Shown: positions 10,474 through 20,858 of the stretch, one piece after another
How positions within the stretch are numbered: position 1 is the first letter of the stretch
Layout: the number at the start of each line of letters is the position of its first letter
Source of the DNA: Vulcanimicrobiota bacterium
Lineage (GTDB): Bacteria; Vulcanimicrobiota; Vulcanimicrobiia; Vulcanimicrobiales; Vulcanimicrobiaceae
NCBI GenBank assembly: GCA_963833095.1
Contig: CAWHWQ010000001.1
Location: 704,001 to 768,000, forward strand
Direction: 5' to 3'
DNA length: 64,000 bases
Position numbers and translations under genes: made by a program
Notes under the pieces: generated by a model
What the model was told of the DNA's origin: nothing
What the model saw: the letters and a program-made list of their open reading frames with translations, nothing else
Database searches by the model: none

Positions 10474-11700
10474 GTGCTGGTCAACGCTTCCACCACGCCG
10501 TCTCGCCGCGCGCTCGAGTTCGGCATCTATCGCGACGGCGATAACAATTTGGACATGTCTCAAAGTCTAACGATCGCACAGGCCTTACAATCGAGCCAGA
10601 CCGACTCTACCGTCGAATATACGGTCGAAGATACCACCGGTTTGCGCGTCGAGGGCGACGATATCGTCGAAGGCCGCAAACGCACCGAAAATTTCACCAT
10701 TGCCGACGGCAAGATTGGTGACGACCAAATCGAGAAAGCGCGCAACATGGCCGATCCCTCGAATCTTGCCAAGTTCGTCGCGCGCACACTGGACGACGCT
10801 CAGAAATCCGGCGCGACGCAGACTTGGATTGACTTAGTCGATCACGGCGGCGGCGACGGCGGTGGACTGGAAACGCACACCGGCGCAGTGATGGCGATGC
10901 CCGACATGGCTAAAGCCATTGCCGACGGCGTCGCCTTGCACGCCAAGGAGCATCCCGAGGACGCGAACCGCACGATCGACGGCGTCGTAGCGAACCAATG
11001 TTTGATGTCGACGATGGGTTTTGCCGACGCGCTCTCACGCGTTGGCGTCAAGTGGCTGGCAGCTTCTCCCGAAACGATGCTTTCCCCGGGCGTGCCGACG
11101 ACCGTTGCCGACGCGATCGCGCGCAACGTCAACGACCCTGCTGCTATGGCAACCGGCGTCGTCGACACCGTGATGCGCACGCGCTACACGGACCCCAGCG
11201 GTGAGTCGTTCGGAACCGCCGCGGCCTTCGACGTGCTCGACTGTTCGCCCGGCAAGATCGCAAATGCCGAGCGCGCGATCAAGGCCTTTAATGACGCCGT
11301 CGCCGGCGACACGACCAACCGCGGCGCGATCCGCCGCGATATCGCCTCGGTCGGCGGCATGGTGCGCTTCAGCAGCGCAACACCGGATATGCCGTGGCAT
11401 GCGGATCGCCCGGCAATTGCCGTCTACGCGAGCATCGCTTCAGACGCAACCCTGCCCGCGCAATTGCGCGCCGACGCGCGCGCTGCAGCGGATGCAACGC
11501 GCGCGCTCGTTATGGCGCACAAGGAATCGCGCGGCTTCGGCCCGTTTGACGGATCGAGCTACGCGGATGCCGTCGGTCCCACCATCCACGTACCGCTCTC
11601 TTCCAAGCAAGTCGACCCGTGGGCGCCGAAGATCAGCGAGACGAACAACGCCTTTTACGACACCGTCGACCAGGCGAAGTTCGTCCGCGCTGTTGCCTGA
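10474..11700 (+). CDS. Clostripain-like (C11) cysteine peptidase
   Basis: IYRDGDNNLD, LVDHGGG (catalytic His), NQCLM (catalytic Cys), AASPET. Confidence 0.75.
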   Translation: MLVNASTTPSRRALEFGIYRDGDNNLDMSQSLTIAQALQSSQTDSTVEYTVEDTTGLRVEGDDIVEGRKRTENFTIADGKIGDDQIEKARNMADPSNLAKFVARTLDDAQKSGATQTWIDLVDHGGGDGGGLETHTGAVMAMPDMAKAIADGVALHAKEHPEDANRTIDGVVANQCLMSTMGFADALSRVGVKWLAASPETMLSPGVPTTVADAIARNVNDPAAMATGVVDTVMRTRYTDPSGESFGTAAAFDVLDCSPGKIANAERAIKAFNDAVAGDTTNRGAIRRDIASVGGMVRFSSATPDMPWHADRPAIAVYASIASDATLPAQLRADARAAADATRALVMAHKESRGFGPFDGSSYADAVGPTIHVPLSSKQVDPWAPKISETNNAFYDTVDQAKFVRAVA

Positions 11701-11707
11701 CGGGAAC

Positions 11708-13111
11708 CTAATAGGTCATCGGCCCGCAGGTCGACGAGTCGGTCCAGGTTCCGCTGCAATCATACAGCGTGATGTCGGTGTCATACCCGTAGGCCTGACC
11801 AAGCTCGAGGTACTCATTGAGCGTGATGTACCCCAGCGCATAGAACTCGACGATCGTATTCGTCTGCTTCTGCGAATACGGCGGTGTCGGCGAAGGCGCC
11901 GGTGATGCCGTCGGTGTTGCTGTCGGCTTCGCTGTCGGTGATGCTGTTGGCTTCGCTGTTGGTGATGCCGTCGGCGATGTCGTTGGTGATGCAGTCGGTG
12001 AGGCGGTTGGCGAGGCGGTCGGTGACGGCGAGGCCGTCGCGGTGCCGCCCTCGAGCTGTTTGACCATGTTGTAGATCGCGACCATCTGCGGACCCGACTT
12101 GAGCGCGTAGCTCGAGTTGTTGTATCCCCACCAATCCCAGCAGCCGTTGGAATTGGTGCCGCCGGTCGTTTGGTACGGATAGAGCACGATGATGTTATTG
12201 GTATCCGCCCACTGATCCAAACCAGATTCGGTCACGAAATCGGTACCGACCACGGCCTGGTACTGAGCGCAGCCGTCCAGCGCGACGACGAGCGAGCACT
12301 GCGTACCGCTCGCGCAAGCCTTGGGAACGAAAACCCAGCCGTTCGTATCGAGATCATTTGATCCACCGCCGAACGGATCTTGGTTGAAGTTCAGGAGCGA
12401 TCCGGTCAATGTCCCGGTGTTCTTCGCGGTGAGCGTTCCGAGGAAGAGCGAGAGCCACGTTTGCTCGGAGTCGTATACCGTGCTGCCTTGATCGCACGTG
12501 ATCATATAGGGACTCGCAGCCGTACCGCACGCGACCGTACCATAGGGTGATTCCCAACCGTGCTCCGCGGCGAACGTGTTGTCGTATTTCACGGTAGCGC
12601 CGTAATGCTGGTATTCGGTCTGCAGGTCGTTCATGGTTTTCGGACTGACGATCGTGTCGCCCGTCCCCGACCACAAGTAGACGTGCTGACCGTTAATATT
12701 GCTCACCGGGTCCATCCCGGACGTATTTTGGTTGGAACTGATGTAGCTCTCGGACGCTGACAGCTCACTGCCGTACAGGCCGGCGCCGCCGCAATCGTCG
12801 ATCGCGGTTGCTTCGCTGTCTTGCGCACAGTAGTCAGGGCCGCCGGCATAAATTGCCGCGCCTTTGAACGTACCGGAATAGGCGAAGTGCATCTGGACGG
12901 CCATGAAGCCGCCTGACGATATCCCCGCCACGTACACGTGAGCCGGATTGATGTTATAGCTTCCGAGCGTTACGACGCTCGACGTTGCATCCGGACGCAG
13001 CTTGGTCTTGGGCAGAACGCCCGTCGAGCCCGGCGATGATTGGCTACCGCCGCCGCTACACGCGACAAACGCCGCGATGACGCATAGAATCAGAAACGAT
13101 CGAAATGCCAT
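11708..13111 (-). CDS. phaZ: Extracellular PHB/PHA depolymerase family esterase, lipoprotein
   Basis: Lipobox FVAC; AGISSGG lipase box; WSGTGD, AEHG, IIVLYP, GCWDWWGY; Pro/Thr linker and small C-terminal domain. Confidence 0.8.
   Translation of the reverse strand: MAFRSFLILCVIAAFVACSGGGSQSSPGSTGVLPKTKLRPDATSSVVTLGSYNINPAHVYVAGISSGGFMAVQMHFAYSGTFKGAAIYAGGPDYCAQDSEATAIDDCGGAGLYGSELSASESYISSNQNTSGMDPVSNINGQHVYLWSGTGDTIVSPKTMNDLQTEYQHYGATVKYDNTFAAEHGWESPYGTVACGTAASPYMITCDQGSTVYDSEQTWLSLFLGTLTAKNTGTLTGSLLNFNQDPFGGGSNDLDTNGWVFVPKACASGTQCSLVVALDGCAQYQAVVGTDFVTESGLDQWADTNNIIVLYPYQTTGGTNSNGCWDWWGYNNSSYALKSGPQMVAIYNMVKQLEGGTATASPSPTASPTASPTASPTTSPTASPTAKPTASPTAKPTATPTASPAPSPTPPYSQKQTNTIVEFYALGYITLNEYLELGQAYGYDTDITLYDCSGTWTDSSTCGPMTY
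11890..12040 (-). repeat. Degenerate 12-nt coding tandem repeat (ASPT/AKPT linker)
   Basis: About a dozen (A/T)(S/K)PT units in phaZ. Confidence 0.85.
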
Positions 13112-13203
13112 GAGTACACCCCCTCATGGCATTCTGCACGTTTTCTGGGAGGCGCCGACACACCCAAACGGGTGTGTTTTTGCCCTCGGCGAAAACCCGT
13201 CCC

Positions 13204-14385
13204 ATGCAGATACTCGAGCGCCTTACCGCCTTTATGAAAGAGCACGTCTATCCCAATGAGGCCCGCTACTCCGCGGAAATCGACGCTGCGGCGTCGCGCT
13301 GGACGCAACCCGGCATCATGGAGGAGCTCAAGTCACGCGCACGCGCCGAAGGGCTCTGGAACCTCTTCCTGCCCGAACCCGAATACGGCGCCGGCCTTTC
13401 GAATCGCGAGTATGCGCCGCTATGCGAGCTGATGGGCACCTCGCACATCGCACCCGAAGTTTTCAATTGCAACGCACCGGACACCGGAAATATGGAGGTG
13501 CTCGCGCGCTACGGTTCGCCCGCACAGCGCGATCGGTGGCTGAGCCCGCTGTTGCGCGGCGAGATACGGAGCGGCTTTGCGATGACCGAGCCCGACAAGG
13601 GTTCGTCCGACGCAACGAACATCTCCGCCTCGATCGCGCGCGACGGCGATCACTATGTCCTCAATGGGCGCAAGTGGTGGACGACCGGCGCGATGCACCC
13701 GCACACACAGATCCTCGTCTTCATGGGCAAGACCGATCCAAAAGCAGCCAGGCACCTGCAGCAGTCGATGATCCTCGTGCCGATCCGCGAGCCCGGCGTA
13801 CGTATCGTTCGCCATCTTGGTGTCTTCGGCTATGACGATGCGCCGTTCGGCCACGCCGAAATCGCGTTTGAAAACGTCCGCGTTCCGGCCGAGAACATGC
13901 TCTTGGGCGAAGGGCGCGGGTTCGAAATCGCTCAGGGTCGTCTAGGACCCGGGCGGCTGCATCATTGCTTGCGGCTGCTTGGCCTGAGCGAACGGGTGCT
14001 GCGCATGATGTGCATGCGCGTGCGCGATCGCATCACCTTCGGCCGCCCCCTTGCCGAACAAGGCGTGATTCGCGAATGGATTGCGCAGTCACGTATCGAT
14101 ATCGACAGCACGCGCCACCTCGTCTACAATGCCGCCGAGCAGCTCGATCTCCGTGGCAACAAGCTCGCCGCGCCGGCGCTTGCAATGGCCAAGGTCGCCG
14201 CACCCCGCATTGCGCAAGCCATCGTCGATCGCGCGATTCAGGCTTTCGGCGCCGAAGGCATGCTCGACGACACGGGGCTCGCGCACGCATGGACCAGTGC
14301 GCGCTCGCTCCGCATCGCCGACGGTCCGGATGAAGTTCATTTGCGCAGCATCGCTAAAGCTGAGCTCGCCAAGTACGATGCATGA
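13204..14385 (+). CDS. Acyl-CoA dehydrogenase (ACAD10/11, LvaC-like)
   Basis: [44 protein letters not shown]; start ATG 13204. Confidence 0.93.
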   Translation: MQILERLTAFMKEHVYPNEARYSAEIDAAASRWTQPGIMEELKSRARAEGLWNLFLPEPEYGAGLSNREYAPLCELMGTSHIAPEVFNCNAPDTGNMEVLARYGSPAQRDRWLSPLLRGEIRSGFAMTEPDKGSSDATNISASIARDGDHYVLNGRKWWTTGAMHPHTQILVFMGKTDPKAARHLQQSMILVPIREPGVRIVRHLGVFGYDDAPFGHAEIAFENVRVPAENMLLGEGRGFEIAQGRLGPGRLHHCLRLLGLSERVLRMMCMRVRDRITFGRPLAEQGVIREWIAQSRIDIDSTRHLVYNAAEQLDLRGNKLAAPALAMAKVAAPRIAQAIVDRAIQAFGAEGMLDDTGLAHAWTSARSLRIADGPDEVHLRSIAKAELAKYDA

Positions 14386-15010
14386 CTTTCGCGTAGCCCA
14401 CGGGGCAAGCGAATTGCTGTTGATACGCCACGGCGAAGCCGAGCCGATCCCCCCGACGCAAGCGCTGCATCCCAAAGACGTCGACATGCCCCTCAGTGCT
14501 CGCGGACGCCAGCAAGCAACTTTACTCGCCTCGCGGCTGAGGCTCCGCGGCATCGGCGCAATTTATAGCAGCCCACTGCGGCGTACTCGCGAAACGGCGG
14601 ACGCACTCGCCACGGTATTGGAACTTCCAATTATCGAGGATGCGCGCTTACGCGAAGTCGAGATTGCGGGCGTTGGTCCGGTCGCGATGCACGATCTGGC
14701 CGAAATCGCGATCGCGCATGGCGGCTGGTCGCATCTTCCCGGCACGGAATCGTCTCAAGCAATTCGCGAGCGAATGACGATGGCTGTTGATGCGATTGTC
14801 GCCGCGAACATCGGCGTACGCATCGCTCTGTTCACCCACGCGGGCGCAATCAATGCTTACGTCGCCGGACTGCTCGGGCTCAAAAGCGACTTCTTCTTCC
14901 CCACCGGCAATACGTCGATTTCGACCGTGCGCGCACGTGACGAGCGCCGGTTGCTCGTCTCGCTCAACGACATCGCTCATCTCGAAAGCCTTCATGATCG
15001 ACGATCCTGA
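14378..15010 (+). CDS. Histidine phosphatase (phosphoglycerate mutase family)
   Basis: LLIRHGE, YSSPLRR, LFTHAG, LNDIAHL; overlaps upstream gene. Confidence 0.9.
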   Translation: MHDFRVAHGASELLLIRHGEAEPIPPTQALHPKDVDMPLSARGRQQATLLASRLRLRGIGAIYSSPLRRTRETADALATVLELPIIEDARLREVEIAGVGPVAMHDLAEIAIAHGGWSHLPGTESSQAIRERMTMAVDAIVAANIGVRIALFTHAGAINAYVAGLLGLKSDFFFPTGNTSISTVRARDERRLLVSLNDIAHLESLHDRRS

Positions 15011-16049
15011 AGTCATCGACGTGCGCCCCGAGGAGCAGCTCGACGTCGCTCGGCTCGAACCGTACTTACGCGAACATTTGCCCAACGTCAGCGGCGCGTT
15101 CGCTCTGCGCCAGTTCGGCGGCGGTCATGCCAACCTCACCTATCTCGTGGGTTTCGGCGCTCATGAATTCGTGTTGCGCCGGCCGCCGCTCGGGCCGGTA
15201 GCCGATCGGTCCCACGACATGAAGCGCGAGCACGCGGTGCTCTCGAAGCTCTACGCGTCGTATCCAAACGCCCCGCGCAGCTATCACCTTTGCGCCGACC
15301 ACGCGATCATCGGCAGCGATTTCGTGATCGAGGAACGCAAGTACGGCATTGCGATCCGCAAAGAACTCCCGCAACGCTACGTCGGTGACGTCGATCTCGC
15401 CCTGCGCCTAAGCACGGCGATGATCGATCGCCTCGCGGAACTGCATCAGGTCGATGTCGAGGCAACCGGACTCGCGCAGCTCGGTCACCCCCAAGGCTAT
15501 GTGCAGCGGCAGCTTGACGGCTGGACCGGACGCTGGGAGGCGGCGCGCACCGCGCACACGACCGACACGACGGCACTCGTCAGCTGGCTGCGCGAGCGGA
15601 TACCGCAGTCGGACGTTGCGACGCTGGTCCACAACGATTATAAGCTCGACAACATGTTGCTGGATCCCGGCGATCCGGCGCGCATCGTCGCACTTTTGGA
15701 CTGGGACATGTGCACGTACGGCGATCCGATGATGGACGTCGGGTACATGTTAGCTCTCTGGCCCGAAGCGACTGACCCGCCGATCTTTCGCCTGTGGGGC
15801 ATGCCGACATGGCACGACGGATTTATGACGCGAGCGCAAGCCGTGGCCTACTACGGAAAGGTTACCGGCTTCGACGTTTCACACGCGGCGTGGTATCACG
15901 TCTTTAGTTTCTTCCGCTTCGCTGCGATCATTCAGCAGATCTACAAACGCTACGACGCGGGTCAAACGCATGACGAGCGTTTTCGCGAGATGGGAAGCCA
16001 AGCGAACGCGGTCATTGCGGTCGCCTCGTCGCTCACCCAAGTCGGTTAG
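14994..16049 (+). CDS. APH-family phosphotransferase (ACAD10/11 kinase domain, LvaA-like)
   Basis: QFGGGHANLTY, VLRRPP, HDMKRE, LVHNDYKLDN, LDWD, GDPMMD. Confidence 0.9.
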   Translation: MIDDPEVIDVRPEEQLDVARLEPYLREHLPNVSGAFALRQFGGGHANLTYLVGFGAHEFVLRRPPLGPVADRSHDMKREHAVLSKLYASYPNAPRSYHLCADHAIIGSDFVIEERKYGIAIRKELPQRYVGDVDLALRLSTAMIDRLAELHQVDVEATGLAQLGHPQGYVQRQLDGWTGRWEAARTAHTTDTTALVSWLRERIPQSDVATLVHNDYKLDNMLLDPGDPARIVALLDWDMCTYGDPMMDVGYMLALWPEATDPPIFRLWGMPTWHDGFMTRAQAVAYYGKVTGFDVSHAAWYHVFSFFRFAAIIQQIYKRYDAGQTHDERFREMGSQANAVIAVASSLTQVG

Positions 16050-16058
16050 GCAAATCCC

Positions 16059-18161
16059 CTACTGCGGCGGATGCAGATATTGCGCCAGAAACGCCTCGGC
16101 GGCCCGGTACTGTTCGACCAAGTGCGCCCAAACCAAGTTTTCGTGGGCTTCGTCTGGGAACACTTGCGTCTGAACGGTCACGCCCCGCGCGCGCAGCTTG
16201 GTTGCAAGGTCGACACTTTGTGAAAACGGCACGTTGCGGTCGTCGTCGCCCTGTTCGATAAAGACCGGCGACGTCCAAGTATTCAGATAGCCTTCCGCGG
16301 TTGACATATGCGCGATCTTGCGCTGTTCCGGCGTACCGACCGGATGGCCGTAATCGTGATCGAATTCAGACGGCCAATCGTGCACGCCGGCAAAATCCGC
16401 GCCGACCTTGAAAACATCCGAGTTTCGCGCGAGCGCGAGGGCTGTCAATAGGCCGCCGTACGAGAGTCCGTAGATCCCGATGCGATTCGCGGCGACGTAG
16501 GGCTGCCTTTGAAGCCATCTTGCGCCGGCGAGGACATCTTGATATTCCGAGCCGCCATGCCATCCGCCGTGCGGCGGATTGCGGAAGTTATAACCGTACA
16601 TGATGCCCAAGCGATAGTTGATCGAGAGCACGACAAAACCGCGATTGGCGAGATATTGATTCATCTCGTAGAGATGCGTGTACGGCTCCATGTAGTGGTA
16701 ACCACCGAGCATCTGTCGCGGTGGACCGCCGTGATCGAACACGATCGCCGGTAATTTGCCCTTCGCACCGCGCGGCACGAAAAGCTGTGCGTGAATCGTC
16801 AACCCGTCCGGCGCCTTGTAGGTGATCAATTGCGGACGAACCATGCGCGTCGCAGGATAGTTCGCCGGCGTTTGCACCGCGACGAGTGTCTTTGGGGGAT
16901 TCCCCGCGATCGTCACGACCGGAGGCGCAGCATACCAGGCATCGATGTACGCGAAGCCACCGTTTGCCAACGGCGTCGGGAACCACTGATTGCCCGGCCC
17001 GTGCGTGCGTTCTTGCGGCCTGCCGTCGGCTCCCACGCTCCAAATGTGCCGCTCATCGATCGCGCCCTCGTTCGTCGCGTAGAGCAGGTGCGAGTGATCG
17101 AGCGTCGGGACAACCGTTTCGACCTCAAAATTTCCCGTGGTCAAGCGCGCCGCGGGTCCGCCGTTCGCCGAAACCGCGTAAATATGCGCCCAGCCGTCAC
17201 CTTCCCAAGTGAATGCTACGTGATTTCCGGTCATCCACCACAATTGCGCCGTGCTCGACGATGGGTAGAATGCGTGGCCCATACCGGGACGCGCGGTCCA
17301 AATCCGCCGCGCGCTACCACTTGCGGCGTTTGCGACCCAGATCGACCACGGCGTTTTCGATGAATCGGCACTTTCGAACGTGCTCTCGTCGTAGACGGTT
17401 TCGCCGATTTTCTGCCCGGGCATCCGCACGAAGGCAACACGAGAACTGTCCGGCGACCAGGCTGCGGCGTCATCTTGTGTGAAGTCCGGCGTGGCGTAGA
17501 CGTATTTTTTCTGCGATGGGGTGTAAATCACGATAAACGAGTGATCGCCGCGAGCGCTGGTAAATGCGATCTTCGTGCCGTCGGGCGACCACACGGGGCT
17601 GGATACGGTGCCGCGAATCGGTAGCATGTCCGGCTTCCCAACCGTGAAGGTTGCGTCGCTCTTGCTAAGCGACACGACGCCGAGCTGACCTTGCACCGTC
17701 GTGAACGCTACCGCGTCGCCTTTGGGCGAGAGGAAGACCGCATTACCCTCGGCGAGCTGGACCGGATCGCCGCCGGCGATGGGCGCGACGAAGATTGCGC
17801 GCTGCGGCGGCGGCACGTGCTGGAGCGGATTGGGATTCTCGCCCGCGGCTTCGTCCTGCACACCGCCGTGCAGATAGACTACGCCGTCGTTGCCCGGAAG
17901 TATCTGCGGCGTATCGATATCTTGACCGTCGTCGACGCTGTAGTGGGTGATGGCGTGGATGCTGCCGCCCGCATTGGTGTAGAGATTGCGTACGCCGCTG
18001 GCGTCGACTTTCCACACCAACACGCTCCCGTCAGGCGAGGAGGCAAGGTTATCGGGGAAGGGCGCGCTTAACACGTCTCCGATATCGTAAGCCTTCGCCA
18101 AAGCGGCCGTGGAAGAAGCCAAAAGTGCAACGAGCAACGTCGTAGCAAGAAGTCGGCGCAT
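16059..18161 (-). CDS. Secreted S9 family peptidase (prolyl oligopeptidase/DPP IV-like)
   Basis: Signal peptide, PD40/beta-propeller repeats (WSPDG), HGGP, GLSYGG, GDDDRNV, DEAH. Confidence 0.92.
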   Translation of the reverse strand: MRRLLATTLLVALLASSTAALAKAYDIGDVLSAPFPDNLASSPDGSVLVWKVDASGVRNLYTNAGGSIHAITHYSVDDGQDIDTPQILPGNDGVVYLHGGVQDEAAGENPNPLQHVPPPQRAIFVAPIAGGDPVQLAEGNAVFLSPKGDAVAFTTVQGQLGVVSLSKSDATFTVGKPDMLPIRGTVSSPVWSPDGTKIAFTSARGDHSFIVIYTPSQKKYVYATPDFTQDDAAAWSPDSSRVAFVRMPGQKIGETVYDESTFESADSSKTPWSIWVANAASGSARRIWTARPGMGHAFYPSSSTAQLWWMTGNHVAFTWEGDGWAHIYAVSANGGPAARLTTGNFEVETVVPTLDHSHLLYATNEGAIDERHIWSVGADGRPQERTHGPGNQWFPTPLANGGFAYIDAWYAAPPVVTIAGNPPKTLVAVQTPANYPATRMVRPQLITYKAPDGLTIHAQLFVPRGAKGKLPAIVFDHGGPPRQMLGGYHYMEPYTHLYEMNQYLANRGFVVLSINYRLGIMYGYNFRNPPHGGWHGGSEYQDVLAGARWLQRQPYVAANRIGIYGLSYGGLLTALALARNSDVFKVGADFAGVHDWPSEFDHDYGHPVGTPEQRKIAHMSTAEGYLNTWTSPVFIEQGDDDRNVPFSQSVDLATKLRARGVTVQTQVFPDEAHENLVWAHLVEQYRAAEAFLAQYLHPPQ

Positions 18162-18270
18162 CGTAATCCCCTCCAAATGGATTTTGCCACCAGCGGCGGC
18201 ACCGGGCATCGTGTCCTAAATCCACGTGCACCACCCTCGCGGTGGTGCTCATATTTTGGCGCGTTCGCCA

Positions 18271-18807
18271 TTATTTCGATGAGAGCCTTGCCTCAACGCG
18301 CGCCCGCAAGCCATTTTCGGGGTCATTCCATGCCGCGACAAAGGCACGCAGGATGTGGCCGGTCAGCCCCCAGATGCGCTTTTCCGCGTGATCGAGCACC
18401 GGCGATTCAATCTTGAACGCGCCGACCGACACCATAGCCTGACGCAGGTCGTTGACCACACGCTCCAAGGGCACGGTGAAGACCCCGACGGTCTCGGTCG
18501 CATCAACGCGAAGATCCCCCGCGGCAACGGTCGCCACAAACGGCGTGACGGTATAGTTATTGACTCTGGCATTTACCGCTGGAAGTTCGCCGACGATCGC
18601 GACGCGCTCGGGTGCCACGCCAACTTCTTCGGCCATTTCCCGCAATGCCGTCACGCGCAAGTCGCCCTCGTCGCCGGGATCCATACCGCCGCCGGGGAGA
18701 CCGATTTGCCCGGCGTGGTTGCGCAGGTGCGCGGCGCGTTCGATGAAGATCACGCCGTGCGGCGGCGCCTCAAAGATTCCGAGCACCACCGCCGCCGGAC
18801 GCCTCAT
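18271..18807 (-). CDS. Nudix hydrolase, CoA pyrophosphatase type
   Basis: HAGQIGLPGG..TALREMAEEVG, VTPFV, IWGLT. Confidence 0.92.
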   Translation of the reverse strand: MRRPAAVVLGIFEAPPHGVIFIERAAHLRNHAGQIGLPGGGMDPGDEGDLRVTALREMAEEVGVAPERVAIVGELPAVNARVNNYTVTPFVATVAAGDLRVDATETVGVFTVPLERVVNDLRQAMVSVGAFKIESPVLDHAEKRIWGLTGHILRAFVAAWNDPENGLRARVEARLSSK

Positions 18808-20858
18808 CGCACGAGCTCGACACGCTGGGGGTAGATCGGGCGGTTGATAATCCGTTCGAGGTCATCGGCGCGCGCGCTTAGCACCAGTTCGCAGAAGCGT
18901 TTGAAACTCTCGCGTTCGGCCTCGCCTTCGGCGAAGCGCTCGTTGCGCTCGAGATCGACTTTTCCGTCGACGCGCAAAAACCGGATGTAACGGCCGTCGT
19001 CGTCTTCGCCTAGCTCGACCAGGCCCTCGTCCTCAAAGATGTGCAGCGCGCTGCTGACCGTGCGCTCGTTCACCTTATCGAGTTCGAGCGTGCGCGCGAT
19101 ATCGACGAACGTCATGCGCACGACATTGTCGCGAGCAAGCCCGCGAACCCCACGATAGAGCGCGCGCAGGACGCTGAGCGTCGGGGCCTCACGATCGATG
19201 ATGAACTCGTTGATCGCGCGATCGCTCTTACCGAAGAGCAGGTGGATTTGGGCTGGAGCACCGTCGCGCCCGGCCCGCCCAGCTTGCTGGTTGAACTCGG
19301 TGAAATCGAAGTTGAGATGATAGAGCACGACGTGCCGCACGTCGGGAAGATCGATCCCTTCGCCAAAAGCCGAGGTCGCGACGACGATGCGCAACTCCCC
19401 CTCTCGGAAAAATCGTTCGACTTCGTGCCGCTCGGGCGACGGCATCCCGGCGTGATAGAACATGACCTCGTCGCCAAGCTTTTTGCGCAGGCTCTGCGCG
19501 AGTTTGGTAGCTTCCTTGCGCGAGTTGCAGTAGACGATACCTTTCTCGCCGCCGGAGAAAAGGTCGAGCAGATAGCCCTGCTTATCTTTGGTCTCGCGAG
19601 CATCGGTTACATGCAGATTCTCACGCACGGTCGGGTCGATGATCCAGGCGTTGATGCGCAAGTCGCGCAAGATCTGTTCGAAGGCTTCGTCGTTCGCGGT
19701 CGCGGTCAGCGCGAGAACTTGCGCTGAACCCAGTGCCGCGATCGTCGCGCCGAGGCGCCCGTACGCCGCGCGATGGCGTGATTCGTAGACGTGATGCGCC
19801 TCGTCGACGACTACGAACGACGGAACGCTCGCACCGGCAAACTCCTCGCAATGGAATTCGAGAAACTCCGGGGTCGCGAGCACGATATCCCACGCGCCCT
19901 CGCGCAGCGCGGCGAAGAGCTCTTCGCGTTCGTCGTGCGAAATCGAACCGTTGGCGCGATAGATTCGCAGACCGAATGGGTCGAGCTTTCGAATCAGCGC
20001 TTCGTACTGATCGTTGGCAAGCGCGCGCAGCGGATAGACGACCAGCGTTTTCCCAGCGCTCTCGAGCGCGCGAATCGCGGCGGGATATTGAAAGCAGAAC
20101 GATTTGCCGCGCCCCGTTCCGAGCACGACGAGCGTGTTGCGTCCCGCCTCGATGCGATCGAGCGCCTGTTGCTGCGCGACATGCAGCCTCGCCTCGCCAA
20201 TCAGCGCCTTCCGAATAGCCTCTTCTACCTTGTCATCCCGACCTGATTCGGCTGCGCCGAATCCTCGGCGTTCCGCCTTGGGCCGATCCGCGCTCCTTAG
20301 CGATGATTCGTGGTCGCGCCACATATAGATATTCACGCCACGATTTTTCTCACCGCCACCGGTCAGTGATTCGACGCGCGCGGAATAGCGCGCGCCGCCG
20401 TCGATCAGCGGCGCAAGGTGCTTGGCGATCTCTTTGCGGACGAAACCCAATTGCAGCCCGCCGTAGCGAACGGCAATCGCATTGGCGTCGTATTGGTTGG
20501 CCGGTTGTCGTTCGAGCACGAGATCCGTGCCAACGCGTAAACCGGCAATCGTGTCTTGCCGGCCCTCGAATGAGACGCCGACGAGTTTGGTGTGAAACTG
20601 CGAGGCGCCACCGATCGTCGCATAGCGATCGTCGGCATACTCTTTGGCGTGCGCAAACGCCCGCTCCGTAAATGCCGAGAGCCGGTCCCTCGATTTCGTC
20701 TCGTTTTTCTCGCCGTCGCTCGGGATGGCAACGTCACCGACGAACGCGCGGAACGCGCGCTCAAAAGCAGCTTCCGACGGCGTCGGCGCCGGAAGCGACG
20801 ATTTACTCTTGGTGCGCGCCGTCCGGCTCATGCTCCGGTACGGGAGCATCGAACTCAT
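18804..20858 (-). CDS. HIRAN domain plus RecQ-like DEAH helicase
   Basis: HIRAN (TKLVGVSFEGRQ..ERQPANQYDANAIAV..LGFV), GTGRGKS, DEAH, LTAT, ATSAFGEGID, QQAGRAGRDG; start could be 20831. Confidence 0.88.
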   Translation of the reverse strand: MSSMLPYRSMSRTARTKSKSSLPAPTPSEAAFERAFRAFVGDVAIPSDGEKNETKSRDRLSAFTERAFAHAKEYADDRYATIGGASQFHTKLVGVSFEGRQDTIAGLRVGTDLVLERQPANQYDANAIAVRYGGLQLGFVRKEIAKHLAPLIDGGARYSARVESLTGGGEKNRGVNIYMWRDHESSLRSADRPKAERRGFGAAESGRDDKVEEAIRKALIGEARLHVAQQQALDRIEAGRNTLVVLGTGRGKSFCFQYPAAIRALESAGKTLVVYPLRALANDQYEALIRKLDPFGLRIYRANGSISHDEREELFAALREGAWDIVLATPEFLEFHCEEFAGASVPSFVVVDEAHHVYESRHRAAYGRLGATIAALGSAQVLALTATANDEAFEQILRDLRINAWIIDPTVRENLHVTDARETKDKQGYLLDLFSGGEKGIVYCNSRKEATKLAQSLRKKLGDEVMFYHAGMPSPERHEVERFFREGELRIVVATSAFGEGIDLPDVRHVVLYHLNFDFTEFNQQAGRAGRDGAPAQIHLLFGKSDRAINEFIIDREAPTLSVLRALYRGVRGLARDNVVRMTFVDIARTLELDKVNERTVSSALHIFEDEGLVELGEDDDGRYIRFLRVDGKVDLERNERFAEGEAERESFKRFCELVLSARADDLERIINRPIYPQRVELVR

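Noticed and set aside
11890..12040. Periodic repeat resembling an array
   Set aside because: 12-nt Pro/Thr linker codons with no spacers
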